Shown here piece after piece: positions 1 to 12,778 of a DNA stretch of 64,000 nt. Position 1 is the stretch's first letter, and each line of letters opens with the position of its first letter. The DNA comes from Octopus vulgaris (Eukaryota). The notes beneath the pieces are model-generated. The model had not been told where the DNA came from. It made no database searches and saw nothing but the letters and a program-made list of their open reading frames with translations. The position numbers and the translations under genes were made by a program. The DNA lies in NCBI GenBank assembly GCA_951406725.2, contig OX597816.1, positions 3,906,001 through 3,970,000 of the forward strand. Direction: 5' to 3'.

Positions 1-351
1 AAGTTTTGGCAGAAACAAGACTATGATCGACAATTGTAACAAGATACACGAATAAGATTGAATGACGATTAGATTAACAATAATTGGAGTTGTAGCAAAA
101 TAAATCAATAACAAATAGAAAAGTCAACCGAATAATAAAGTAAGAACGTTATTAAAATATATCGATTGATTTCGTTTCCAAAAGAAACAATGCGATGTTC
201 TCCTTCTTCGACTGGAACAAAAGATTCGATCTATTTTATGACAAAAGGAAATCGAGTAATACGGATCGTTGAGTTCATAAAATACTGGACAGTCAACGGA
301 GCTGGCAGTGGTTCGTATTTACTCGGCAGTACGGCTTTGTGTCAAAGGCTA

Positions 352-774
352 TACTCTTACTCTTTACTCTTTTACTTGTTTCAGTCATTTGACTGCGGCC
401 ATGCTGGAGCACCGCCTTTAGTCGAGCAAATCGACCCCGGGACTTATTCTTTGTAAGCCCAGTACTTATTCTATCGGTTTCTTTTGCCGAACCGCTAAGT
501 GACGCGGACGTAAACACACCAGCATCGGTTGTCAAGCAATGCTAGGGGGACAAACACAGACACACAAACATATACACACAGACACATATATATATATATA
601 TACATATATACGACAGGCTTCTTTCAGTTTCCATCTACCAAATCCACTCACAAGGCATTGGTCGGCCCGGGGCTATAGCAGAAGACACTTGCCCAAGATG
701 CCACGCAGTGGGACTGAACCCGGAACCATGTGGTTGGTTAGCAAGCTACTTACCACACAGCCACTCCTGCGCCT
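352..774 (-). mobile_element. tRNA-derived SINE, family A (full length)
   Basis: Minus strand reads AGGCGCAGGAGTGGCTGTGTGGTAAG (A box)...GGTTCAGTCCC (B box), then an internal (TA)n/(TG)n tract and a (GAGTAAAA)-type tail; more than 10 similar copies in the window. Confidence 0.9.
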
Positions 775-1289
775 ATGACTATTAGATCTCAGCAATTGAG
801 GTAGAATTAATATATATATGCTACCCGAACATTTTAGCGTGTATCATAAGAGATCCCTTCTCGCTGAGCAGTCATATGACCAAGAACATCCCGGCCTTAA
901 ACATTTCGTGCACTACAAGGTTATCAAGGAATACATTATCTATGTCTATTTTTTTAAAAGATGTTTCGGTTGCAGCGTTACCCAATACAATTTATGTTGG
1001 ATCGCAATACCCATCAATGTTTTATCCAATGGAAAACGGTGTGTCACAGACAACATTTCTGATTCCACCAAAGTGAGAAATAAGACTGAAAATCAGAAAT
1101 TATTAGAAAAGAAAATTTGTGATGCTTTTGTTTAATTCTCGACATTTATGTTGCGAAGAAGAGAAAAATATTTAAGCAAAAATCAAGAGCATATTACAGA
1201 TAAAGTTCACACACAGCTAACACATTGCGGAAGCTGGGCGGTCTGTGAGAACTATACACACACGTTAGAAATAGCCATAAATTAAAAAG

Positions 1290-1535
1290 AAACTGGTACT
1301 CCGTCGGTTCCGACGCTAAGTGTTCCAGTTGACACGATCAACGGAACAGCCTGCCCCCGAAATTAACGTGCAAGTGACTAAGCACTCCACAGACACGCTT
1401 ACAGTTAACGTAGTTTGCAGGAAGATTCAGCGTGATGCAGAATGTGACAAGGCTAACTCGAATTACCGGTACAACATTTTTGACATCAGTGGACTGTTGC
1501 AACGAGGAAGAGAGTGTCTTGCTCAAGACACTGCA
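1290..1535 (-). mobile_element. SINE family B fragment
   Basis: Aligns with 56910-57230 (GATCAACGRAACAGCCTGC..GAAATTAACGTGCAAGTG..GATTCAGC); minus-strand GTGTCTTGAGCAAGACAC motif typical of SINE post-tRNA regions. Confidence 0.7.
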
Positions 1536-1629
1536 TTTTTTCCAATAATAATGTAGGTGACTTGAGATCTTTGCCTTGCCTTAACGTTTGTTACCCTCTT
1601 TAAAAATTACACACACACACAAACACACA

Positions 1630-1673
<44 letters not shown>

Positions 1674-1674
1674 A

Positions 1675-1808
1675 GGCTTGCTTCCCAACTACATGGCTCC
1701 ACGTTCAGTCCCACTGCATGGCACTATCAGCGGGTGTCTACTATAGTACTTGGGTCGACTAAAGCCTTGTGAGTGGATTTGGCAGACGGAAACTGAAAAA
1801 ATTCCGTC
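1675..1808 (+). mobile_element. SINE A 5' fragment, diverged
   Basis: GTTCAGTCCCACTGC...GCCTTGTGAGTGGATTTGGCAGACGGAAACTGAA matches family A. Confidence 0.75.
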
Positions 1809-1894
1809 ATGTGTTTATTTATGTATGTACATATACATATATATATATATATATATTTTTGTTTTTGTCCTGTTATTATTATTATTATTGTTTT

Positions 1895-2130
1895 TTTGTA
1901 TTTGTTTCGTATACATTCGATCCTTTTTCCAAGAAATCTAATGCTCGTAGCTTAGTTTTTCCTTGGGGCTGGCCGGATAGGAGCGATCTCAAGATTAATC
2001 AGCCGAAATTGCGAGGATGATCCGGTTCTTGACTGAAGATAGAGGCTTCGAATGACCCGTCCGTTTTTTGTGTCGTCTACTTGAATGTTTTGCGTTTTTG
2101 TCCCATTTTGTATTTTTATATATATTTTTT
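1895..2130 (+). mobile_element. Short microsatellite-abutting element, family D (putative PLE-derived)
   Basis: Similar copies at 25310-25547 and 28494-28692; all end TTGTCCCAKTTTGTAT next to (TA)n/(CA)n. Confidence 0.75.
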
Positions 2131-2132
2131 AT

Positions 2133-2206
<74 letters not shown>

Positions 2207-2503
2207 ATCAATCAATCAATCAATCAATATATATATATATATATTCGTACGTTCATCCTACATTATTTTGTTTGCTCGAGCCCTAATTCTCCGCAAATCT
2301 TGCGGGTGCCGCCGATATACAAAGTTCCTAGTCTTAACGTTAAAGGCAGGAAATTAAGTATTAGTATTTTTCAATCGATAACTGATGAAGTATTTGGGTT
2401 CTAGTTAGTCTTTGTCCTACTTCTACGTTTTGTAGTATTTAATGCATTTTCTATTTATGGAATTACTGAACTCCACGCATCCCGACCTTTGTTAACAATA
2501 AGG

Positions 2504-2550
<47 letters not shown>

Positions 2551-2557
2551 TGCATTT

Positions 2558-2721
2558 GTGTGTGTCTGTGATTGACCTCCTCACCATCGCTTGACAACCG
2601 GTGTTGGTGTGTTTACGTCCTCGTAACTTAGTACTTTGGCAAATGAGGTTGATATAACAGTTATCGGGCTTACAATGAATAAGTCCTGGGGTTGATTTGT
2701 TCGACTAAAAGGCGGTGCTCC
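2558..2721 (+). mobile_element. SINE A 3' fragment
   Basis: CATCGCTTGACAACCG...GGGGTTGATTTGTTCGACTAAAAGGCGGTGCTCC matches the family A 3' half. Confidence 0.75.
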
Positions 2722-2874
2722 TGCATGTCAAGATATGCGACTATATGCATGAGAATACATACATAAAGCAAGACATACAAATCTGCACATATACATACAA
2801 TCACACACACATACGTACATACATACAATCACACATACAAACGCACACAGAAACACATGTACTCACTAATTCTT

Positions 2875-2927
<53 letters not shown>

Positions 2928-2929
<2 letters not shown>

Positions 2930-3123
2930 GAATGGTTGTATACTGTCAATCTAACGTGAACGTGACAGTAGCGGGTTACACCACCGCTGTTTAGCCCTAG
3001 GAAGCATCGACGGTGGTGTAACCCCCTACTGTCACCTTCACGTTAGATTGACAGTATACAACCATTCTATAGCCCCACCACCGTACATATCCCTATGAGA
3101 GATTTAGAAATTTAATATTTCTG

Positions 3124-3125
<2 letters not shown>
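2928..3125 (+). mobile_element. Fold-back element FB1 between (TA)n tracts
   Basis: 59-bp inverted arms (2928-2986 / 3011-3069, 2 mismatches) with a 24-nt loop, then the tail motif GAGAGATTTAGAAAT..ATTTCT. Confidence 0.85.
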
Positions 3126-3154
<29 letters not shown>

Positions 3155-4331
3155 CACCGACAAACCGAAAGACCAGTTCTTTGCGTACGTGGCCCATTAC
3201 GATATTTGTTCTGCACTGTGCTGTTGAAACTTCTGTAGCACTCTCTCACAGTTAGAAATAAGGTGACCCACTGAGAGATCCTTTGAAAATCTCGTAAACA
3301 AGATTACTGTCATACACTAGTTGCAACACGAGGAATAAAGTACAGTCCACGTGAAAAGTCAAGTAGATTTCTGGCAGAATTAAAAAGGAAATTATTTCGG
3401 ATGCATTAGAAGGAAATCAAACATTTTGTGTCAGAGCTCAGCTTTTAAACTCCTAACGATCAAATCAAATCATATTTCCAATTATTTTCTATAAACTTCA
3501 CTTTGAGATTGTTGCCAGCGTTAAAGCCCCAGCTCTCTACCATTGACTAAATGCGACATTCATCAGATTGCTCAATAAAGAGGCTGATTTGTTGTCATGG
3601 TGATATTATTGAGATCCTCGCCATCACATTGAAAACGAAAAAAAAAAAAAAGAAAAATGGCGACATATATCTGATGTCTCAGCCATATACATCGTTTGTC
3701 ATCACAGCTTCTTTACTTGTCATCGCAGCAGTCGTCAATACCATGTTCCTATTGATGAGAGACTACGATCTTCAATATTCTTGTTGTTGTAAATGTTGTT
3801 GTTGTTGTTGTAGGGTGGTAGTGGTGGTGGTGGCGGCATCGATTTTGTAATTTAATAGTTCAGCTTTTGCCGTTGATTTGATTTATGTCTCTACCGTATT
3901 TTTTTTTTTATTTAACATAAAAAAACCCCGCCAACTTCAACATTGATTTGCAATATTAATCCGAGATCTTAACGATCCCTCCCCCCCACACACACACATA
4001 CATGAATGCAGGTATTCGTCTTATATGTGTGTATATATGTATAAACATACCTATACAATATTTACATATCTATATATCACTATCTATCATATCTATCTCC
4101 ATACGTATCTATATATGTACATATATGTGTGTGTGTGTATTTTAATATATATATTTTAATTCTTTCATTTATTCATCTACAACACACACATTTCTGCACA
4201 TGAACCCGGAGTTTCTACCCTTGGACAGGTCGCTTCAACCGTGTTTCTGACGTGAATTTGCTACCCAGGTTTCGGTTCAACGAATTTTCCATGATGACGA
4301 TAAACATAGGATAATTCATTCACCTATTTAA

Positions 4332-4409
<78 letters not shown>

Positions 4410-4444
4410 TATATATATATATGTATTTTAATATATATACTATT

Positions 4445-4738
4445 TACTCTTTTACTTGTTTCAGTCATTTGGCTGCGTCCATGCTGGAGCACCGCCTTTA
4501 GTCGAGCAAATCGATCCCATGACTTATCCTTTGAAAGCCTAGTACTATTCTATCGTTCTCTTTTGCCGAACTGCATCGGTTGTCAAGCGATGTTGGGAAA
4601 CAAGCACAGATACACAAACATATACACACATACATATATATATATATACAACGGGCTTCTTTCAGTTTCCGTCTACCAAGGCTTTGGTCGGCCCGAGGCT
4701 ATAATAGAAGCCACTTGCCAAAGTTACCACGCAGTGGG
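4445..4738 (-). mobile_element. SINE A, 5'-truncated with internal deletions
   Basis: Colinear with 352-774, with gaps. Confidence 0.85.
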
Positions 4739-4747
4739 TCCCCAGTT

Positions 4748-4950
4748 TTTCATCAACACAGCAGCTGCTTGGCCAGGTGCCGCTACTTTAAAGATTTGTG
4801 ACTGAATGTCTCTCTCTCCCTCTCTGAGAGATTTGAAAATAATAGTATTTCTATTTATAGATCAGAGACTGTGCGTCCCTTTGAAGTCTATATGTTCGAA
4901 CCGTGAATTTAGCAGCGCCACCTGGCCAAACAGCTAATCTGTGTTGATAA
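4748..4950. repeat. Degenerate inverted repeat FB2
   Basis: TCAACACAGCAGCTGCTTGGCCAGGTGCCGCT vs AGCGCCACCTGGCCAAACAGCTAATCTGTGTTGA; spacer contains GAGAGATTTGAAAAT..ATTTCT. Confidence 0.65.
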
Positions 4951-5284
4951 AGGGCAATAACCGTGAAACTAATACACAGATGTCGTTTTGTGCTAAGTGA
5001 GGATACTGAATTCCCTTTTCAGGGAATATAAGGACACAGATAGTGTGGCTGAAAAGCTCCTGGCTTTAAGGTTCCCGCAAAATGCCTGCCTTGAGACCCG
5101 AACTTCCGAGTTCTTTTACAGAGCTTAAAAAACCGAAGGATAGTTACAATAACCGTGTGAAAGTTAGAGGGGAATATGTTCAATTAACTGAACCTCTTGC
5201 ACTATTTTTTTACCCCAAACCAGAAATAATTCTGCACTTCTCGTATATATATGTGTGTGTGTGTGTATATATTTATATATATAA

Positions 5285-5647
5285 TACTCTTTTACTCATT
5301 ACTCTTTTACTCTTTTACTTGTTTCAGTCATTTGACTGTGGCCATGCTGGAGCACCGCCTTTAGTCGAGCAGATCGACCCCAGGTCTTATTCTTTGTAAG
5401 CCTAGTACTTATTCTAACGGTCTCTTTTGCCGAACCGCTAAGTGACGGGGACGTAAACACACCAGCATCGGCTGCCAAACGATGTTAGGGGGACAAACAC
5501 AGACACACAAACATATATACACACAAGGCTTTGGTCGGCCCGAGGCTATAGTAGAAGACACTTGCCCAAGGTGCCGCGCAGTGGGACTGAACCCGGAACC
5601 ATGTGGTTGGTAAGCAAGCTACTTACTACACAGCCACTCCTACGCCT
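5285..5647 (-). mobile_element. SINE A with internal deletion
   Basis: Head and tail present; the segment next to the internal microsatellite is missing. Confidence 0.9.
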
Positions 5648-6345
5648 ATATAATGTATGTATATATTTATTTGTATATGCATACATGCAGCTTCTGTCGC
5701 ATATCACAGAAGAGTAGGCAGTTTGTAAACTTGAAGCATTCCGTGGTAGGTACAGAGAACAAAAAATGGCCGGTGTCCGATCTGGAATAATAACTACATA
5801 TTGGTATCGAAAGTCACAGTGTTTCCCCCAGATCGAAGTTACGAAGAAATTCAATAAGCTGAATGTTTCTGCATATCTCACGGTTATAGAAACTCGAGTT
5901 GCTACAAATGCGAATAAAATTCCAAATTGAGAGAGCGGAATGAATAAAAGGCAGGCGACATATGTATCTGCCAAGAAATCAATACCTAATGGTAAGCTAG
6001 CCTTTATCTTTATCATAAATATTTATCTTTAAATATTTATGATAACAATTTCCCCCACCCGTTAACGGTAGCAACTCTCTGCTCTTATCTCCCTCCATTT
6101 TCTTTCCCTTCGCCTTTTCTTCATTCCTATCAATTCTACTCAATTCCCACCTCATCCCCCCCTTCTTCTTGACTGTTTTCTTCCTTGGAACGTTTCTTTT
6201 TTTTAAATTTATCTTCTGGCTTCGCTATTCATTTCGACTAACATCTGTTACGGTGAGTTAACCATTATAAACAAATCATTTGTACAGGTCGTTCGGAGAA
6301 AATTGTTAAAAACTGAACGTTCATACATCGTCTTCGACGTGTCCA

Positions 6346-6396
<51 letters not shown>

Positions 6397-6607
6397 CATA
6401 TATATACACACACACGTGTATATATATCCACACATACACACACACGTGTATATATATACACACATACACACACACGTGTATATATATACACACATACACA
6501 CACACGTGTATATTTATACACACATACACACATATGTGTATACATACACATATACACACACACACACATACAGACAGACATACATAGGCACATGCATAGA
6601 CACATGC

Positions 6608-6730
6608 AGAAAAACAAAAGACTAAAACAGGTGTATAAACAACAAGTAGGTGCATTAGTTTGATGCTCGGGAAGGTGAGAAAGTCCTTTACGTTTCGAGC
6701 CTACGCTCTTCAACAGAAAGGAACACAAGA
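6608..6730 (-). mobile_element. Short element family F with HHR-like motif
   Basis: Minus strand: CTTT-CTGTTGA-A-GAGC-GTAG-GCTC-GAAAC-GTA-AAGG; copies at 13108-13285 and 50779-50903. Confidence 0.75.
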
Positions 6731-7292
6731 AAATCTTGTGGATTTAGCGGTGAATCATGGCAACTGGTTGGAAAAAAGGAGTTGGACAGGAGAGCTAGGA
6801 AGAAGGGGCGATAAGTCTTGGTGATCCCAAAACGAACGTGCGCGCGTGTGTGTCTTTGTGTGTAAGTGTGCGCGTGTGGATAGGGGCTGGTGACTGATGT
6901 GTGTATATTTGCGTGTGTGTGTGTGTGCGTCTGTAATGTGTGGGTGTGTGGATGGCGTGGGTGCTGGGAAGTGGTGAGTGCTAGTGTGTGTGTGTGTGTG
7001 GAGGGGGTGATGTGTGGTGGCGTGGTGTGTGTGTGTATATATATATATATGCATATGTAGGCACAGTACGTCACGAAACGTGTATAACAAAAATGTACGA
7101 AGCACGAGTACATGGAACATAAACTATTCTTTCGAACAACGAAAGAGACAAACGGAAAACAAAAGAAACAACATAAAGAACGACCCTTCATCAGTTGTAG
7201 GCTGTGTTTCTAGTCTCGTATTTCGAGCATTTCATATTTGTGTGTATGCAATATATATATATACTTATATATGTGTATGTATGTACGTATAT

Positions 7293-7470
7293 ATTCTTTT
7301 ATTTGTTACAGTCATTTGACTGCGGCCATGCTGGAGCACCGCCTTTAGTCGAGCAAATCGACCCCAGGACTTATTCGGCCTCTCTTGCCGAATCGCTAAG
7401 TTACGGGGACGTAAACACACCAGCATCGGTTGTCAAGCAATGCTAGGGGGACAAACACAGACACACACAG

Positions 7471-7530
<60 letters not shown>

Positions 7531-7693
7531 GACGGGCTTCTTTCAGTTTCCGCCTACCAAATCCACTCACAAGGCTTTGGTCGGCCCGAGGCTATAGTAG
7601 AAGACACTTGCCCAAGGTGCCACGCAGTGGGACTGAACCCGGACCCATGCGGTAGGTAAACAAGCTACTTACCACGCAGCCACTCCTCCGCCT
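7293..7693 (-). mobile_element. SINE A
   Basis: Colinear with family A, small deletion. Confidence 0.9.
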
Positions 7694-8303
7694 AGATCTT
7701 TAGTTATTACGTATATTATTTTAAATTGGTGTCTCATTTGTTGATATTCCGCTATGACTAACATCCTACATTCATCGAAGGAAAGAAAGCAATTTAGTAT
7801 GGCCGCACAAATGAATCCACTCATAAAATTAACAATACAATGTTTTTGTGCAGTTTTCTCTTATAAAATAATTTCTGAAATAGAAACACACTTTTCTTGG
7901 AGAATATACTGAATGAAACCAATTATTCGAAATCAGGTGTTAGAGTGTTGTTCAAGTCCAGAGTCTATTGTTGTAGAAAAATATCGAAACGAGCAAATTT
8001 TCCAATTTCTTACAAAGAAAGTCCATCTTCTTTGTATGATGTCCCTTTAGAGACAGCAACAAAGGTTTTAGTCGTGTTTTTTTTTTTTAAACGAAAATGG
8101 AGACAGTTGTTTCATACGACGCTCTCTGTCAGTCTGTCTGTTTAGCTGCGTGTCTCTCTGTCTCATCCCACCACTCTCTCTGTCGAAATTTTTCTCTGTC
8201 TCTGCTTTTCTGCCTTTCACTTTCTTCCTCTCTCCTCACCCGCCTCTCACTGTCTGCTTGTCTGTCCGACTGCTTTTCTCTGTCTTTCAAATTCTTTTTG
8301 CAA

Positions 8304-8698
8304 TACTCTCTTTTACTCTTTCACTTGTTTCAGTCATTTGACTGCGGCCATGCTGGAGCACCGCATTTAGTCGAGCAAATCGAGCCCGGGACTTATTCTT
8401 TGTAAGTCTCTTTTGCCGAACCGCTAAGTGACGGGGACGTAAACACACCAGCATCGGTTGTCAAGCAATGCTAGGGGAACAAACACAGACACACAAACAC
8501 CCACACACATACATATATATATATATACATATATACGACAGGCTTCTTTCAGTTTCCGTCTACCAAATCCACTCACAAGGCATTGGTCGACCCGGGGCTA
8601 TAGTAGAAGACACTTGCCCAAGATGCCACGCAGTGGGACTGAACCCGGAACCATGTGGTTGGTTAGCAAGCTACTTACCACACAGCCACTCCTGCGCC
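8304..8698 (-). mobile_element. SINE A
   Basis: Colinear with family A, small deletion. Confidence 0.9.
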
Positions 8699-9061
8699 AT
8701 GCCAACATTTGGTTTACATTCCAACACTTCTATCAATGTTGTACCGATTTTTCAGTTTCCTCATCCACCTTTCTCTTTGGCTTTCTCATTCAAGCTTTGT
8801 TAATGGTTTTCTTCTTTCACTGCTTCCTCTTTTTTCCTCCTTCCTCTAAAACGTTGTTGTCCTAGCAACGTTTTGTTTGCGATTCAATCTCTTTCAATGC
8901 ACTTTTCACCGCTAGCACCGTGATCCATTTGTAAAGGGAATGATTAAAGTGAAAAATTTAGAAGTACCATAGATTCTGGAGGGAAGGGCAGAAGGACAGG
9001 ACAGTCACGTAACAACTATATATATGTATATATATATACACACACACACATATATATATAT

Positions 9062-11164
9062 AAAGCTACCTCCGCCTTATAGAATTCTTTGAAAATAAAG
9101 AAACAGAAGATAACTCAATCATAAGAAAAAAATCCCACTTCACCCCTTACAAGTGAAGTGACAAACACCTTGACACATACATAGAAACAATATCCAAATT
9201 CCCTCTCCACAAACACAAATGCAAACAGAATCTCCGCAGAGAAGAAAAACAAGCCCTACAAAAACTGAAAAATGACAAATCAGTCATTATAAAAGAAGCT
9301 GACAAAGGTGGAGCAATAGTAATTATGGACACAGATTACTACAAAGAAAAGATACTGGAGTTACTGAACAACCAGACATATTACAAAGAGGAACCAACAC
9401 CACCGGAGAAAACAACAATAAAAAAAAATTAGAACTTTAGTCAATGAATATCAGGACTCCTTTACAGATAAGGAGGAAGACTATCTATGCAACTCACAAA
9501 CCAAAGAAAGCAACTTTTATGGATTACCTAAAATTCATAAAAGCTCGGAAATACAGAGAGCCATAAAGGAACAGAGGAACCACTACATAAGAGTACAAAG
9601 GCCTGCAGACCTCACAATGAGACCAATAGTGGCAGGACCCCAGGCACCAACACAACAACTAAGCCACTTCATAGATATACTCCTCAAACCTTTATGCCCA
9701 CAGATACCAAGCTACATAAGGGATGACATAGACTCCCTCACACACATTCCAAATACAGTCCCGAAAAACACCATACTTGCAAGCTTTGATGTCACAAATC
9801 TATACACAAACATACCACACACCCTAGGTCTAGAAGCTATAAAACAATCAATAGAAAAATACAGAGAACTTATAGACGAACGCTTTAAGACAAACTTTAT
9901 CACCCAAGCCACCCAACTAATACTAGAAGAAAACACATTCTCATTCAACAAGACATACCGACAGATAAAAGGCACAGCTATGGGTACAAAATTCGCACCT
10001 TCATATGCCAACCTGGTGATGGGTTTCCTGGAGAAAATACTATATGACGAAATAGGGAAAGTCTTCGAACACGACTTCAGAGAAGACATCAAGAAAAAGT
10101 GGAAACGCTACCTCGATGACTGCTTCATCTTTTGGAACAGATCAGAAGAGGACCTACAAACATTCCACAACATCCTCAATACGCTGCACCCATCTATCAA
10201 TTTCACAATAGATACCAGCCACAACGAACTTCCCTTCCTAGACATCAACATCAAAATACACAACTCCATCGTCACAACAGACATCCACTACAAAAAAACT
10301 GACACACATCAATACTTAAATTTCCACTCCTGCCACCCATCCCACACAAAAAGAAACATCCCATATAGTATGGCACGACGAATATGTAGCATAGTAACTG
10401 ATTCACAAATACGATTAATAAGACTAGATGAACTCAAAAACTTCCTCCTAGAGCAAAAATACCCCCTTAAACTAATAGAAAATGGAATCACAAGAGCATT
10501 AAAACTAGACATCTCACAACTCAGGACACCCAAAACAAAAAACAAAGAAAACACTATCCCTTTTATAAACACGCACAACCCTGGAGTTACCAACATCTTC
10601 CAAACCATACATTCAAACCTACCAATAGTCTTACAAAGCCCCAAAATGAAAAACATATTAAACAAATATAGCATAAAAAACAGTAGACGACAGGACAAAA
10701 ACCTAAAAAAACACCTAACAAGAGCGAAATTCTCTTCAGAAACTAAAACGGAATTCTTTGCAAAAGAGTGCGGAGATGATAGATGTGGGATCTGCAGCAA
10801 CCCCACCTACAAATGCATAGAGAGTAACAGAGGGATGAGATTTAAAAATGGTGACATATTCAAAGTAAATGCAGATATGAATTGCAAGACGCAGAACGTT
10901 ATATACTGCATAACCTGCCCCACGTGCAAGGAGAATTACGTAGGTGAAACTGGTAATTCTTTGTGCCAGCGAGCCAGGATCCACCGACAACATATTCGGC
11001 AGGAAGAACTACGCAAAATACCACTAAGCACACACCTAGCTACATGTGGAGAAGGAAAATTTAAGATCTTTCCCTTCTACAAGTGTCCGAAGAACGACAC
11101 CTCCTTCAGGAGGAATATGGAAAAACATTTCATAGCTAAGTTCTCCCCCAAATTAAATGGCTGA
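9062..11164 (+). pseudogene. Penelope-like retroelement ORF (RT + GIY-YIG endonuclease), disabled
   Basis: Upstream frames give IIKEADKGGAIVIMD and NFYGLPKIHK. ORF 9617-11164 has RPIV, SFDVTNLYTNIP, GTAMGTKFAPSYANL, RYLDD, LPFLD, YKKTDTHQYL and GIY-YIG (NVIYCITCPTCKENYVGETG..R..H). Premature TGA at 9154-9156 and a +1 frameshift in the A-run at 9420-9428. Confidence 0.95.
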
Positions 11165-11179
11165 AACTTTACTCAACAT

Positions 11180-11529
11180 ACATTGAAGGGCAAATTTTTC
11201 GATTTACAATATAATATAGTAGAACATTTAATATATGTGTGTGTATATATATATATAGGTCTGTGAGTATATATATGTTACCTGTTATATACATTATATT
11301 GTTTTTGTAATTTACTTGATCTTTACTTGCCAATTGTCATTCTAATTTTAACCTTCCTATGATATGCAATTTTCAAGATGGTGTAATTTGATTGTTCATT
11401 TTGATTCGATAGAAGGTGGGTTTTTCTCTAATATTTCATGTGTAAGCATGTATATATATATATAGTGACATTGAAGGACGCATCTTTCGATTTACAATCT
11501 AATATAGTAGAACATTTAGTATATGTCTG

Positions 11530-11600
<71 letters not shown>

Positions 11601-11815
11601 GTGTATTTGTATATATATATATATATCTGTGTATGTATATATATATATTGCCTGTTATATACATTATATTATTATCTTTATAATTTACTTCCATCTTTAC
11701 TTTTTAATTGTCACTTTAATTTTAACTTTCCTATGATATACAATTTTCAAGATGGAGTAATTTGGTTGTTCATTTTGAACAGATAAAAGGTTTTTTTTCA
11801 AATATTTTATGTATA
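11180..11815 (+). repeat. Tandem duplication of a ~290-bp unit downstream of the PLE stop codon
   Basis: ACATTGAAGG..CGATTTACAAT..TAGTAGAACATTTA..CAATTTTCAAGATGG recurs at ~11180 and ~11469; the second copy has expanded (TA)n. Confidence 0.85.
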
Positions 11816-12283
11816 AGTCTGTGTGTGTATATATATGTAGTGGTATAAATATCAACACACAAAAATATTTTTTCTTCTCCATTTCCTCCCTTATTTTTAT
11901 TTATTTTTTATTTTTATTTTTATTATTATATTTATATTTATTTTTATTTTCCCTTTTCTCTTTTTGTCTCTCTCCCCTTCTCCAAACACACAGAGACACA
12001 CACACACACACGCACACAAACTCACACGGACACACAGAGACACACACACACACCTCCACAAAACGATCATAAAAAGTATGACCCCAAATGACATTTGTCC
12101 ATCTCCAAAATCATAAAAGGTGTAATTTCTGGCCAGCCTACCCACCAACACACACTCAGTGACACCAGAATGGACAGAGAGCTAAAATTCTTAGAACTCC
12201 CCAGGGGGCCCAACAGGCCAAAGGAAATCCTTCTTCTTCTTCCCTCTCCCCCTTCCCCTTTCCCTCTTTAGCCTCAGATACAA

Positions 12284-12329
<46 letters not shown>

Positions 12330-12450
12330 ATACACACATGTTCTCTCTCTCACTTCCTCCTCATCTACCTCACCCTCTTATACTATCTTGTTCCTCCCCA
12401 CTACTACGAAACTCTATAAAATGACCAAATTCCCCACAAAGGAATTAATT

Positions 12451-12491
12451 TGATTTGAAAACCCCACTGGAATGGGAGAAAGCGCTAATAA
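12451..12491 (+). ncRNA. Degenerate hammerhead motif in the PLE 3' region
   Basis: TTGAAAA-CCCC-ACTGGAAT-GGGA-GAAA-GCGC-TA with palindromic helix III (AGCGCT); core mutated. Confidence 0.4.
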
Positions 12492-12597
12492 TCTGAATGA
12501 TATGATCTGAATGATATGATATATATATGTAAAAAATGTAATATATAAATAAATATCTATAAATATGAACCATCCGATCTTCTGATTACCTCATTTC

Positions 12598-12664
<67 letters not shown>

Positions 12665-12778
12665 CCAGAGGTGAATATAGGTCTATTTTTATATGCTATT
12701 TACTGATACAATTTTATAAAAAAAATTATCCATTATTATATGTGTGTGTGTGTGTGTGTGCTTGTGTGTGTGTGCATC

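Noticed and set aside
539-778. Recurrent ORF family (RQASFSF..RRHLPKMPRSGTEPG)
   Set aside because: Antisense translation of SINE A copies, not a gene family.
6405-6545. 30-bp repeat as a functional array
   Set aside because: Higher-order periodicity of CA/TA microsatellite slippage.
7060-7230. Hammerhead on the minus strand (CTGATGAAGGG)
   Set aside because: Could not find a paired stem II with GAAA and stem I at a plausible distance.
9712-10993. Antisense ORFs within the PLE
   Set aside because: Shadow ORFs of the A-rich coding strand.
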